A stretch of DNA of 64,000 bases from Hormiphora californensis (GCA_020137815.1 CM035359.1:744001-808000); one strand, 5' to 3'; counted from the first letter of the stretch, positions 46,601 to 58,618 are shown. Notes: generated by a model not told the origin, from the letters alone. A program made the numbers and translations.

Positions 46601-47068
46601 AAGTTACCCCATGCCCTAAAACCCCACTTACACTAAAATACAGGTTAATTAATGTAATTAAATGAGAGGGGACCAAAAATTTCATTAGTTATATTTGGTG
46701 TACTGGATCTGGAACGGGATTATTTGGTTCAAAAATTTTCGAGTGTGGTTCTGGCAAGGAGTTATTTTAGGAGAAAAGTTGGTAACCATGGTAACACATC
46801 TGGTGATAGTAACCATGGTAACCATGGTAACACACCTGGTGATAGTAACCATGGTAACCATGGTAACACACCTGGTGATAGTAACCATGGTAACCATGGT
46901 AACACACCTGGTGATAGTAACCATGGTAACCATGGTAACACACCTGGTGATAGTAACCATGGTAACATACCTGGTGATAGTAGACCTTGAAAAGTTGTTC
47001 TCCCGCACTTTGAACGTGAATGTTGACATTTGAGCTCATATCAATTGTTATCGTTCGTAACGTCACAC
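43678..47068 (-). CDS. Two putative internal exons of an unidentified minus-strand gene
   Basis: 47068-46971 (GVTLRTITIDMSSNVNIHVQSAGEQLFKVYYHQ|gtatgt) joins in phase 0 to an exon starting at 43852 (ttgcag|SSDTRLIKHGGGPAQRIQLD...HPDDQ). The donor is at 43727 or 43678. Confidence 0.6.
44895..45144. mobile_element. Inverted Penelope-like pLTR pair, each arm with a minimal hammerhead core
   Basis: ~108-bp arms at 44895-45003 and 45036-45144. 13-bp direct repeat aaaatagacagtt at ~44845 and 45144. Confidence 0.75.
45050..45090 (+). ncRNA. Minimal hammerhead ribozyme (mirror copy on the minus strand at 44956-44984)
   Basis: CTGATGA-T-GCCGT-cga-ACGGC-GAAAC-GTC, followed by AATAAA. Helix I is weak. 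Confidence 0.7.
45317..45880. repeat. (GAACC)n microsatellite followed by a ~38-bp degenerate repeat
   Basis: Direct reading. Confidence 0.95.
46271..46618. mobile_element. MITE-like element with ggggtaactttg / caaagttacccc subterminal repeats
   Basis: Two motif copies at each end in inverted orientation. Confidence 0.6.
46448..46523 (-). pseudogene. tRNA-like sequence (non-canonical anticodon arm) with intact Pol III A and B boxes
   Basis: Minus strand GGGTTTGG TAGCTTAGTGGTTTATAGC T CCGAGCATGTCTCTCTGG AGATC CCTGG-TTCAATT-CCAGG TCAAACCC, then agtaTTTTT. Confidence 0.75.
46781..46983 (-). repeat. 36-bp tandem repeat copying the exon end plus donor of exon 47068-46971
   Basis: Minus strand tactatcaccag|gt(a/g)tgttaccatgg, ~6 copies. 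Confidence 0.9.
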
Positions 47069-47104
47069 CTTGTTATAGAGTATTAGAGAAGTATTATAGA
47101 TTAG

Positions 47105-47625
47105 CTGGGGGGGTTTAGGGGGGTTTAGGGGGCTAGGGGGTTTAGGGGGGTTTAGGGGGGTTAGGGGGGTTTAGGGGGGGTTTAGGGGGGTTAGGGGGGT
47201 TTAGGGGGGGTTAGGGGGGTTGGGGGGTATGTACTTGTGTGATTGAATAACAGAGCAATGTTTGAATGTAGATGTACTAGTACAAAGTGTAAATGCTCTG
47301 TTAACAACAGTGAAAATGTAAAAGTGAAAATGTAACAGTGAAAATGTAACAGTGAAAATGTAACAGTGAAAACTGCTCCTTTATAAAACAAAATGTAACA
47401 GTACCTTTTCGTATGTAGAGGTCGATATTTTCACAGCTCACTATTTCACACATCTCCGTCATCACAGGAGCATTAAAATACACGCTGCGAGATATTGGAG
47501 CATTAAAATACACGCTGCAAAATATTGGAGCATTGAAATACACGCTGCAAAATATTGGAGCATTGAAATACACGCTGCAAAATATTGGAGCATTAAAATA
47601 CACGCTGCAAAATATTGGAGCATTA
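47105..47625. repeat. Cluster of (TTAGGGGG)n, a 14-bp repeat and a 30-bp repeat
   Basis: 47105-47227; aacagtgaaaatgt at 47305-47401; attggagcattgaaatacacgctgcaaaat at 47467-47625. Confidence 0.88.
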
Positions 47626-48278
47626 TTGGAACTATATCATGAGCAGGGAATTCCAGATGGAAATGTGTATGACGGACTGTTACATGACATGAAGTAGTAC
47701 ATACTTATTATTTTTCAGGGAGTTTTATTGGCTCGCTAGAAAAGATAACTAAAAATTTTCTTCGATCTTATTTTACGATTTTTCAGGACATTTTTTTAAG
47801 AATTTTTTGTCGTGTAAAAAACTATTCCAAAACAGCATATCCCGAGCGCTTTCCAGCGCTCAGCTGGGTCTTCTGTTAATCTATTGGGCATGCTGAGCCC
47901 CACTGCACTACGTTGGCATGGCAACAATCTATGCGTAGCAAAACACTTTTTCTTTCTTTAACAGTTCTTATGAACTAAATATATTATATATCTGGATGAA
48001 AATACGTGTATTCATTATCTCTTAACAAAACTAGATGCAAAATATTGTGCGTCTATTATAATGGACTTTTATGTGTGGTAAACTAGACTCATTCTACATA
48101 TAACATATCATAACGGATATCATTGTAATAGGTTTTATCAGCTCCGTCCTAATGGTCCCTAAGAGCACAATAGCACGATATCATATATATATTGCTCTCT
48201 ACACATTTTGTCACGGCTCTTGCACAGTACTCGTTGTAATCTACTTCCTACTTGCGAGACGCCCCAACAAGCTTAACT

Positions 48279-48572
48279 CTACCGACAAGAGCATTCCACA
48301 CTGTGGGTTCTTTACAAACTGGTAAATTACTACATCCCTATTTACCAATTGAATTGAATTCATAACACCACCCCATTTCCTGTGTGAGTGTGACGCGGTG
48401 ACATCCTCCATCCTGAACCGGAACGATATCTACCGACAAGAGCATTCCACACTGTGGGTTCTTTACAAACTGGTAAATTACTACATCCCTATTTACCAAT
48501 TGAATTGAATTCATAACACCACCCCATTTCCTGTGTGACGGTGACATCCCCCATCCTGAACCGGATCGATAT
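48279..48572. repeat. 151-bp tandem duplication of exon-like sequence
   Basis: Copies start at 48279 and 48430. Confidence 0.9.
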
Positions 48573-49367
48573 CCCATCCTTCCCTTACTCTCTCTACTCG
48601 GTACTGGTGACGGTACGCGGTCCCCTGAACTCTCAGGTAAGCAGCTACTACCCCACCGTTACCATACCATTTTCTGACAACCCTTCCCTTCCCCCACCGA
48701 GATCCACTGTCTGTTCAACTGTGCTGGTAGGATTAGGAAAGAGCCTACACCAGAGTCTTTGGTCAGCATCAGCAAGGTTTGAATTTCAAGAAATCACTTG
48801 TCAAGTCACTTGCCCTGAACAGTCCAGCTGCTACTTTTCAGCACGATATGATATAGAGGGGGGGGGGTATAATAGTATCGTAGTGTATCTCTTTTCAGAT
48901 ATGATATAGAGGGGGGGATATGATATAGAGGGCCGGGGGGGGGGGGGATATCATATATAGGGGGGGGTATTATAGTATCGTAGTGTATCTCTATTCAGAT
49001 ATGATATAGGGGGGGGGGGGTATTATAGTATCTTAGTGTATCTCTTTTCAGTAGTCTCCCTCTATAAAGAGACTAAACTCTATAACTCGGATTATATGTC
49101 TGCACCAATAGAACCAATACCTCCTCTTTGTAATTGTTTGCACGTGTGTCTAATGGTGGCACGTGTACAGCTGTATAATTGGAGGCATTGTGTAGAGTCA
49201 TCAAATCAGATTCCGTTTCATCTCGGATCTAGATATATAGATAGACACTAGAGGATCTAGAGAGGATCTATAGAGGATTGCCGATATTATCAGTATAGTG
49301 CTATAATTTTAGAGCCTTTGTTGTACAGAGTTATAGCGTCAATATTCAGATATTATTGAGAACTGTG

Positions 49368-49426
<59 letters not shown>

Positions 49427-49859
49427 GGGGTATAGAGGTTTATTTCATTCGATGTTGCCTTTGTTCGCCAACTCTGTTTTCTCAGTAGTATCGGCCTGCT
49501 TAGCTTTTCTTGAGGGGTATTATATATCGAATCAATTTGAATATTGATTCTGCGGAATCTTTTGAAGTTTTGGTTGTTGCGATCCTGTACAGTGCTTGAT
49601 ACGGGGTGGAGAGCTAGTTTTGCAAGTAAAATCTAACTAGAATTGTTTTAAAATAAATTCATTTTTAAAATGATGTTACAAATCTAATCATTAGTACGAT
49701 AAATGAGGGGTGCACCTTGTGTCATTAAATCGATTCTTTGGTGATTCCACAACGTAGCCACTATAGCTATTTGAAACGTCATGCTAATTTGTGTCTGACT
49801 ATTTGAAACACGTGGACTGGCTATTTGAAACATAGCGCCCCCCCCCCTGTGTGACATCT

Positions 49860-50190
49860 CGTCTCGGAGAAGGCATGCCACACAGCCAAACAATCTAAAT
49901 CTACTGGAAGAAGCGGCTATTCACACTCTTCAACCGGCGATCAACCGAACAGATAAAGTTCCTACTGTCAACCTTCAATGGACTCACCTTCTCCCCAGGA
50001 TTGCCAACTCCTTCAAACCCCGACCTGCTGGCATCTCCATCAAACCTAGATCTCCCAAACCTGTTTCCTAATTCTCTTCAGCTCGGATCACCTCTTCTCC
50101 CCGCATCTCAATTCTCAACTCGAGTCACTAGTTTGACAGTAGTTTCATGCTTGGAAGACGTTCTACCACTTCATAGCATGGCTGATGTGA
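49860..50190 (+). pseudogene. Penelope-like GIY-YIG C-terminal remnant
   Basis: From 49892 it reads NLNLLEEAAIHTLQPAINRTDK, fitting the PLE GIY-YIG terminal E..I....P.LN pattern. Confidence 0.45.
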
Positions 50191-50812
50191 CCTTCTCAAC
50201 TCACTCAGTGTCTTTAAAGTGAGAGTGGACAGAATCAGAATTGGACAAGTTTGTTGGAGGTCGTATAAATTAGTTCTACGAGCATTTTGCCTTTTTCCCG
50301 CTCAAAATCGACCCATCCATCACCGAGATATTTTTGTTACTCTCGGGGAATTCCTGCTGGATCAATATTTATCAAACAGGATAGAAACAATCCTTGTGTT
50401 TTACTAAAAAGTTCTATAAATTTTTAATATGCTGAATTGCATTGCTCTGCTTCTTTGTTTGGGCATGTCAACCTCACTGCTTATATTCAGAATGTGTTAG
50501 TAAAACACGACGATTGTTTCTATCCTGTTTCTTACATACTGATTAAACAGGAATTCCCCGAGAGTAACAAAAATATCTCAGTGATGGATGGGTCGATTTT
50601 GAGCGGCAAAAAGGCAAAATGTTCATAAAACTAATCTCTACAACCTCGAACAAACTTGTCCAATTCTGATTCTGTCCACTCTCACTTTAAAGTTCTCTTT
50701 CTCTCTACCCTCTGTTCAAGAGTCCTATCATGTCAGGCTCTAGAAGGACCTTGGAGTAGGCTGTTGTAGTCTTGAGCTCCCTGGCCTTCCTCAGAAGAGA
50801 AATCAGAGTTTC
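50185..50812 (-). pseudogene. Decayed LINE-ORF1-like fragment split by a MITE
   Basis: ETLISLLRKARELKTTTAYSKVLLEPD..RTLEQRVERKRTLK/TLSELRRSH is continuous across the TTAA insertion. Same motif class as the C-terminus of 16367-17326. Confidence 0.6.
50218..50686. mobile_element. Kolobok-like MITE with TTAA TSD
   Basis: ttaa|agtgagagtggacagaatcagaattggacaagtttg ... caaacttgtccaattctgattctgtccactctcact|ttaa, with ~190-bp arms. Confidence 0.88.
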
Positions 50813-51419
50813 CCTGGAGTTTAATTAATTAGACAATCTGCTGATTTCTAAACCCTGAATGATCTTTTTAGCATGTGCGTGCTAAATAAAGATCATCCCG
50901 GGCAGGGAAAAAATTTTGAGTTCGACTTGGTTTGTGGACATGCAAGGCAAAAAAGTGTTTCAAATAGCCAGTGGCTACCCTATTTATTTAGTGTGGTGAT
51001 CCCACAACGTGTATCTATTTATTAAATTCACTAGCAGTCACAAGAAAAATATTTCTATATTCTACAAACATCTGTTCCAATTGTTCCAGCTAAAAAACTC
51101 AGCTCTGTAGAAGAGGGGTATATATATCCCCTCTTCATGTAGAATTCTACATGAAGAGGGGATATATACCCTTAAGGGAATAGAGCTAAAAGAATATTTT
51201 GAAACTTGGAACAGTCTAAAGATCTCTATGTATGTTTTAATAATTTGTCAATGTGTACAATATCTTCCAAAGGGTATATTCATGGAGAGATCATTGTGTT
51301 TTAGTGGTGCTCTTTACTACATATAGTTTTCTATTACACGTGACTAAATTCTTAAAACAGATTCAAATTTACCGAAGGGGTTTGAGGAGAATGCGAATGT
51401 TCAAAGGCAGGTCGGAATA

Positions 51420-51953
51420 ATTTGGATCACATGTCACACACATTCCTTTGGAGGCCGGTCGACCTCCGGATCGGATCATACTGGAAGATCTGATGAGCAT
51501 GCTCCTTTATAGGAGACAGATATTGCAATTTGCTTCTTTATAAAGACAGATATTGCAATTTGCTGCAGCTTGCAATATCTGTCTTTATAAAGGAGCAACT
51601 TGCAATATCTGTCTTTATAAAGGAGCAACTTGCAGTATCTGTCTTTATAAAGGAGCAGCTTTCAATATCTGTCTTTATAAAGGAGCAGCTTTCAATATCT
51701 GTCTTTATAAAGGAGCAGCTTGTAATATCTGTCTTTATAAAAGAGCAACTTGTAATATCTGTCTTTATAAAGGAGCAACTTGTAATATCTGTCTTTATAA
51801 AGGAGCAAATTGCAATATCTGTCTTTAGAAAGGAGCAGCTTGACAATAGCTGTCTTTATAAAGGAGCAGCTTTAAATGTGAGTGGGATCAGATCCTTCAA
51901 TGTGATCCTGATCCGGAGGTTGACCGGCCTCCAAAGGAATTTGTGATCCAAAT
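51420..51953. mobile_element. TIR element enclosing a 30-bp tandem array
   Basis: Arms attcctttggaggccggtc... / ...gaccggcctccaaaggaat. Array gcaatatctgtctttataaaggagcaactt ~10x, plus two inverted copies. Confidence 0.78.
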
Positions 51954-52030
51954 GGATGGTCCTGCATTATATATAGTAATACTTATGTCTCCCAAAAGTT
52001 CCATTCATTGTTCATCTCCCAGCATTTTTT

Positions 52031-52797
52031 GGGCGCGCACAGACTGTTCATGCGTGATCATGTCCATGCGTGGACAAGATTTTGATCAAGTCACGCAGAC
52101 TGTTCAAGCTTGATCATCTGATCAAGCTTGGACAGTAAAAACTGAAACTTATTCATATCAGCAAAAACCACTGTACCCTACTAATTTTGATACTCTGAAT
52201 CACGTAAGCTAGTTTTCAAATCCGTCAGAGGTCAGGAAAGTGTTCTAATTGGGCATAATTGGGTCTAATTGACCCCACTTAAAACTTGTCACCTGGAAAT
52301 AATAGACGCTTATGTGAGGGCACTTTTCCGACTAATTTTGATACGCTGAATCACATAAACAACTTTTCCACGCCCCCAGAGGTCGGGAAAGTGTCCTAAT
52401 TGAGTATAATTGGATCTAATTGACCTTAATTGCTCAATTAGGGCATTTCCCGACCTCTGGGGGCTTGGAAAAGTTGCTTATGTGATTCAGCGTATCAAAA
52501 TTAGTCGGAAAAGTGCCCTCACGTCATTTCCAGGTGACAAGTTGTAAGTAGGGTCAATTAGACCCAATTATGCCCAATTAGGACACTTTCCCGACCTCCG
52601 AAGGATTTGAAAACTAGCTTACGTGATTCAGAGTATCAAAATTAGTCGGGTACAGTGGTTTTTGCTTTGATATGAATAAGTTTCAGTTTTTACTGTCCAA
52701 GCTTGATCAGATGATCAAGCTTGAACAGTCTGCGTGACTTGATCAAAATCTTGTCCACGCATGGACATGATCACGCATGAACAGTCTGTGCGCGCCC
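52031..52797. mobile_element. 767-bp palindromic MITE
   Basis: ttt|gggcgcgcacagactg ... cagtctgtgcgcgccc|ttt; the arms pair almost to the centre. Confidence 0.9.
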
Positions 52798-52859
52798 TTT
52801 CCCCGTCTCGGTGAATGCCTTCGGCATTCACCCAGATGCCTTTTGCAAAAAGGCATATA

Positions 52860-53040
52860 CAGTGCTGCTTGTAGTCGTATTACCGTAATGGAAATACAGT
52901 AATGAGACGCGCACGTTGCATAACGCGCGGCAAAAAGTGCATGTGTTCAGCATGTACTAGAGCCCTGATTGGCCACGGTTGCGCGTCGTCTTACTGTATC
53001 TCCGTTTTCCATTACCGTTTTCCCACTACAAGCGACCGTG
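52860..53040. mobile_element. Short MITE nested in a hairpin-ended element
   Basis: IR gcttgtagt / actacaagc. It interrupts a sequence that is contiguous (inverted) at 37150-37250. Confidence 0.55.
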
Positions 53041-53718
53041 ATAGGGGTTTAGAATTCGACAATTTTGCAGACGAGAAGAGAGAGAGCTGGGGTTACTGTG
53101 TTTAGAACTTGACTGATTGGATCACTATCATACTATTATTAAAGCAAATAGGGAAATCCCATGTCCCGTTTTTTTAACCAAATATGGCACAAAATTCCTG
53201 GAAATGGCCTTTTGCACGTGTTGTCCCTGGACCCTGGCAACCTGCCAGCTTAAGCCTTAAACTGCACGTGCATCCTTGATTCATCTCTCTGCCGGTTGTG
53301 TGATTTATCGTTTGCTCGATTTGATCTGTTCACCACGTTTCTTGAACATGACTACTCAACTTCAACACAATCGCCAGCGAGTTTGGAGGACCCATATGTC
53401 CCAAACTGGCGCTGACGCCTATAGACTACGTGATCGAATCCTACAAAAGAGGTGATTATTATTCAAAAAATGTTGTCAACACACGTAATAACAAAGTATC
53501 AATGGCACTAACAAGAAATGACAGTAATACGTGAAAGTATTTTGCCAATGTACTCCTTCATAAAATACTTCAGGACCTGGCAAAAGAGGACCCGTGGTTT
53601 TTCTGTCAAAAGAATCCCTTTGGTTAATTCACCTGATAAATTTACTGATTTTAAAAATTTCAAATGATACTACACTATTTGCTTAGGTTACTGTATGACC
53701 ATTGACCATCCCCGACAT

Positions 53719-53747
53719 TCGCCCGTAGGGCGAGCGGGCTTACTAGT
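53719..53747 (+). mobile_element. Helitron-like 3' terminus
   Basis: Hairpin tcgccc-gta-gggcga, 9 nt, then CTAG|T. Confidence 0.55.
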
Positions 53748-54057
53748 TATATATAATTGTCAGTATTTCTAGTAATGTATTAATTGTATAGATTGCAGAC
53801 CTATAATAAAACTATAACGGTGTAATAGTCATGTCTCTTTAAAACCTTCTTTCTCCTTAATGATCACGTTTAGGTAGAATGACATACTATTAATTTCATC
53901 TGTTAATTTTGATAATGATAGAGAGACTCACCGCAGCCACAATTACGTTAATTATAATTATATAAATTTTATCTAACGTGTGCTGCAATGTAGTCGATCA
54001 CTGTAGAATGTGTCGAGAGTTATATTAATACTGGAACAACCTATGTAATATTAGTAC

Positions 54058-54203
54058 CTGGCTTGGTATCCTTTCTCGACATTTAATATACTACCCCCAT
54101 CCCCTACCAGTTCTACATAACAGACTGCTACAGCTGCAGCACTGGTGGGATATGGGATAGTAGCTGTATCATCAGGCCGAGCAGGGGATGAGACAGAGAC
54201 AGG

Positions 54204-54242
<39 letters not shown>

Positions 54243-54358
54243 ATACGAATCGCAGGAGAGACGAAGGCAGATAGACGTAGAGCGTATAGGGAGAGGATAG
54301 CCTCCGCAGCTAGATTCTCTTTCGCTTTTCTCTTCTCTCGTCCTCTCCTCTCTCTCTC

Positions 54359-54422
<64 letters not shown>

Positions 54423-54434
54423 CTCTCTCCTCTC

Positions 54435-54490
<56 letters not shown>

Positions 54491-54570
54491 CTCTCTCTCT
54501 TTCTGTCTCTCTCTCTTCTCTCTCTCTTCCTCTTCTCTCTCTCTTTCTCTTCTCTCCTCTCTCCTCTCTT

Positions 54571-54609
<39 letters not shown>

Positions 54610-54669
54610 TGCTCCCTCTCTCTCTCCTTTTCTCTTTCTCTTCTCTCCTCTCTCCTCTCTCTCGCTCTC

Positions 54670-54714
<45 letters not shown>

Positions 54715-54884
54715 CTCCTCCTCTCTCTCTCTCTCTCCTCTCCTCTCTCTCTCTCTCTCTCGTCCTCTCTCTCCCCTTCTCTCCTCTCTTCTCCGCTCTC
54801 GCTCTCTCTCTCCTCTCCCTCTCTCTCTCTTTCGCTCTCTCTCTCTCTCCTCTTCTCTCCTCCTCTCTCTCCGCTCTCTCTCTC

Positions 54885-54916
<32 letters not shown>

Positions 54917-55028
54917 CCCCCTCTCCTCTCTCCCTCTCTCTCTTCTCTCTCTCTCTCTCTCCTCTCTGCTCTCTCTCCTCTCTCTCCTCTCCTCTCTCTC
55001 TCTCCCTCTCTCTCTCCTCTCCTCTCTC

Positions 55029-55059
<31 letters not shown>

Positions 55060-56194
55060 CTTCGTCTCTCTCCTCTCTCTCTCTCTCTCCTCCTCTCTCC
55101 CATCTCTCTCTCCTCTCTCTCCATCTCTCTCCTCTCTCTCTCTCTCTCTCTCCTCTCTCTCGCCATCTACTCTACTTCTCCTATGTGGCTATTGCTGTCC
55201 CTCATGATGCGCTGGGCCATCTGTCTTTTTTGTACTTTTAAGTATACCGCAGAATCAATCAAATTATATTCCCCATAAACCCCCTCCACCCAGCTACACA
55301 TATAATATATGTACCAGCCCCTCCGAAAAATTCGAACCGTTTCTCCCAGCAGTACCTGTAGTAGCAGTACCTATAGCATCTGCCCTGGCAGTTATATACC
55401 TAGTATAGATCTTGATCTGTCCGACCCTGACAGTTAGACCCACTATCATTATAAGCAGCTCTAAACTCTATTTAATTTGACACTTCCCCTGAGAATGGGA
55501 ATTTGAGAGAGAGAATTTGGTACTTTCCCTGAGACTTGGGAATTTGAGAGAGAGAATTTGGTACTTTCCCTGAGACTTGGGAATTTAACTATAGTTGAAT
55601 TATAACTTGTCAGCCCAGGTAAATAGACATGCATTTGATGTTAAGGGTTTAATTTCCTTTGAGTCGCTCCATACCGGAGCGACTCAACTAAATAGTTAAC
55701 TAAAGATGGGGGTAGCAAGTGACAAGACTAAACTGTTATTGAAGATTCTCCGAAACATGAGCAATACTTTCTATAAATGTAGGTATTATGAACGTTTGTA
55801 GCTTGGCGCGTTATGAAGTTGGCTTTTCCCAGCGCGAGCTGGGGAGAGCCAACTGGAGTTTAATCGCCCGGTAGGGCGATTAAACTGGTTTAAATCACGA
55901 CGCCTATCCCGAGGTGCCAGCCGAGGGTGAAGGGGAGGTGATTTAAACCTATAACGCGATAAGCTAACAAACGTTCATATATTAATGAAGGTTCAGTTGT
56001 ATCTTACCTCACATTTTTGCATGCCTCAATTCCAGTTTTGGCACACTTTTTAGCAACCGTTATGCTAACGTCGGTGCTGTTGCAAATGTAAAGACCTTCC
56101 TTGGTTTTGGGCTCTACAGAGATGGAGGTACCATGGTAACCAGTTACCATGGACCTCGGCCTCGTTCTCAGGAATGGGTTGTAAGACATGTGCA
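54058..56194 (-). CDS. Putative exons of an unidentified minus-strand gene
   Basis: 56194-56008 (ctctag|..HMSYNPFLRTRPRSMVTGYHG...CAKTGIEACKNV|gtaaga) and ~54163-54058 (..TIPYPTSAAAVAVCYVELVGDGGSILNVEKGYQA|gtacta). Linkage is unproven. Confidence 0.4.
54330..55160. repeat. Long imperfect (CT)n tract
   Basis: Direct reading. Confidence 0.9.
55787..55979 (-). mobile_element. 193-bp structured mini-element
   Basis: TIR tatgaacgtttgt / acaaacgttcata. Inverted copy of 58384-58575. Confidence 0.8.
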
Positions 56195-56694
56195 CTAGAG
56201 TTGGAGAGATCTTATTAATTAATAATACATAATTAATATACCATTAATTACTTAATTAATTATATACTGTGCACAGTTAAATAACCAACATATCACACCA
56301 TGGAGATTGGAGTGGCTGCAGGTGTTCATGAGGCGCATAATCAGTAGCATGATATACCGGCAACCTTTTCAACGTACTACTTTAAACAAATTAATATGAA
56401 ACCCGATAGCTGATTTATCAGTCTTTTGAAGAATTTGCGCGCACATGATAACCGCCAGCTGGGAGATTTAACACCCTCCTCGCAGTTTGACAGAAATGGC
56501 CAGTTCCCTCTTTCACGCGTTTCTCTTCATTTGAATAACATGCGTGTAAAATTCTAAGTATTGAAAATGTGTGTAAACACACAGTTCTGTCAACAAAAGA
56601 AAGGGGAAACATGTCTGCAACACGTTTCAATGTTATCTCTCTCATAAGGAGTGAAAAGAATCACATTCCATTCATTTCTCTCTCTCATTGTCTC

Positions 56695-58181
56695 GGCAAT
56701 TTCTGATTTGCCGCATACGGCGTCTAGACGGCGTCGCAACGCCGTCTAGACGGCGTCTAGACGGTATACCGTCTGGACGGGTTTCGGTGAAATCAGCTAA
56801 AAACGGTACCGAAATTGCTTGAGACGGGTTATAGACGGTATCAGACGGTCTCTAGACGGGTTATAGACGGTATCAGACGGTGTTGCGACGGTATCAGACG
56901 GTCTCTAGACGGTGTCTAGACGGTACCGTCCCGGCGTCTGGACGGCGTCTGGACGGTGTCTAGACGGTATCCGTCCGAAGTTGAGACGGCACGTCTGAAA
57001 ATTGTACCAGACGTTGAGACGGACTTTTAGAACTCCGTCTGTATTTCAGACGGAGTTTTAAAAGTACGTCTCAACGCAGTCTAAAGGAAAATCGATGAAA
57101 GTACCGTCTAGACAACGTCTCAACTGAAACCGGTCAACATACCGTCTAAACAACGTCTAGACAACGTCTAAACAGAATCTCGCGGTTCAGTTTCAAATAC
57201 CGTCTAGACAACTTCTCCAGCAATTTCGATACGAATACCGTCTAAACAACGTCTAGACAACGTCTTAAGCGAATCCGATACAGATACCGTCTAAACAACG
57301 TCTCATAACCGACACTATCTATCACTGATAGTATCAGCCATAGACAGTATCTCACAGTTGTATTACAATGAATGTGTGCCTTTTTGATAATGAAAATGAT
57401 GTACAGTTGGACCTCGATTTATTTGAAGTTGGGTACGAAAATTACCGGGAGGATAACCCCTTTCCCGTCCCCGAGCATCGCGGTACGACTGTGCTGGTTA
57501 AACACATGTGTAATTTTCATTCAATAGGCACACATCTACCACTAATTCCAACTGGCATGGGTAATCCAGAATGGTCTTCGAAAACGGTCGAGTCTAGACA
57601 TCATTATTTGAGACGTTGTCTAGACGTTGTTTAGACGGTATTCTTATCGAAATTGCTGGAGAAGTTGTCTAGACGGTATTTGAAACTGAATCGCGAGATT
57701 CTGTTTAGACGTTGTCTAGACGTTGTTTAGACGGTATGTTGACCGGTTTCAGTTGAGACGTTGTCTAGACGGTACTTTCATCGATTTTCCTTTAGACTGC
57801 GTTGAGACGTACTTTTAAAACTCCGTCTGAAATACAGACGGAGTTCTAAAAGTCCGTCTCAACGTCTGGTACAATTTTCAGACGTGCCGTCTCAACTTCG
57901 GACGGATACCGTTTAGACACCGTCCAGACGGCGTCCAGACGCCGGGACGGTACCGTCTAGACACCGTCTAGAGACCGTCTGATACCGTCGCAACACCGTC
58001 TGATACCGTCTATAACCCGTCTAGAGACCGTCTGATACCGTCTATAACCCGTCTCAAGCAATTTCGGTACCGTTTTTAGCTGATTTCACCGAAACCCGTC
58101 CAGACGGTATACCGTCTAGACGCCGTTTAGACGGCGTTGCGACGCCGTCTAGACGCCGTATGCGGCAAATCAGAAATTGCC
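56695..58181. mobile_element. 1.49-kb Foldback/Mutator-type non-autonomous element
   Basis: 9-bp TSD cattgtctc (56686-56694 and 58182-58190). ~560-600-bp near-perfect arms built of ccgtctagacgg subrepeats. Confidence 0.93.
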
Positions 58182-58383
58182 CATTGTCTCTTTTACTGTT
58201 CACTACCTCTGACAGTGTGTATTGCCCCTAATCTTTCTCTCTCTTTCTCAAACATGTTAGGAACAGTAGACACTAAGTCTACACACATTTTCAGGGTGTC
58301 TGTTGACTATTTTCCAGCAGTCCTAGTGTGTTTCACCTTAAGTGTCTCTTATTTGTGTGTAATTACTATCGGGTTTCATAAAA

Positions 58384-58575
58384 TATGAACGTTTGTTAGC
58401 CTATCGCGTTATAGGTTTAAATCACCTCCCCTCACCCTCGGCTGGCGCCTCGGGATCGGCGTCGGGATTTAAACCAGTTTAATCGCCCTGCCGGGCGATT
58501 AAACTCCAGTTGGCTGTCCCCAGCTCGCGCTGGGAACAGCCAACTTCATAACGCGCCAGTCTACAAACGTTCATA
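58384..58575 (+). mobile_element. 192-bp structured mini-element
   Basis: Same family as 55787-55979; related to 7178-7365. Confidence 0.8.
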
Positions 58576-58582
58576 CTTCATT

Positions 58583-58618
58583 GAGTTCTGAAGAAGGCGT
58601 TGACGCCGAAACGTAAAC
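58583..58618 (+). ncRNA. Minimal hammerhead ribozyme
   Basis: gtt-CTGAAGA-A-GGCGT-tg-ACGCC-GAAAC-GTA-aac: 3-bp helix I, 5-bp helix II. Confidence 0.7.

Noticed and set aside
47105-47227. Interstitial telomere
   Set aside because: The units are variable TTAG5-7 rather than TTAGGG. Treated as a G-rich intronic microsatellite.
54051-55241. 371-aa ER-rich and 210-aa SL-rich ORFs
   Set aside because: Translations of a (CT)n microsatellite. Only the last ~35 codons of the minus-strand ORF may be a real exon.
55787-58575. Single composite transposon bounded by the two 190-bp inverted copies
   Set aside because: Each copy has its own TIRs, they differ at many positions, no shared TSD is visible, and a putative exon lies between them. 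Independent insertions are more likely.
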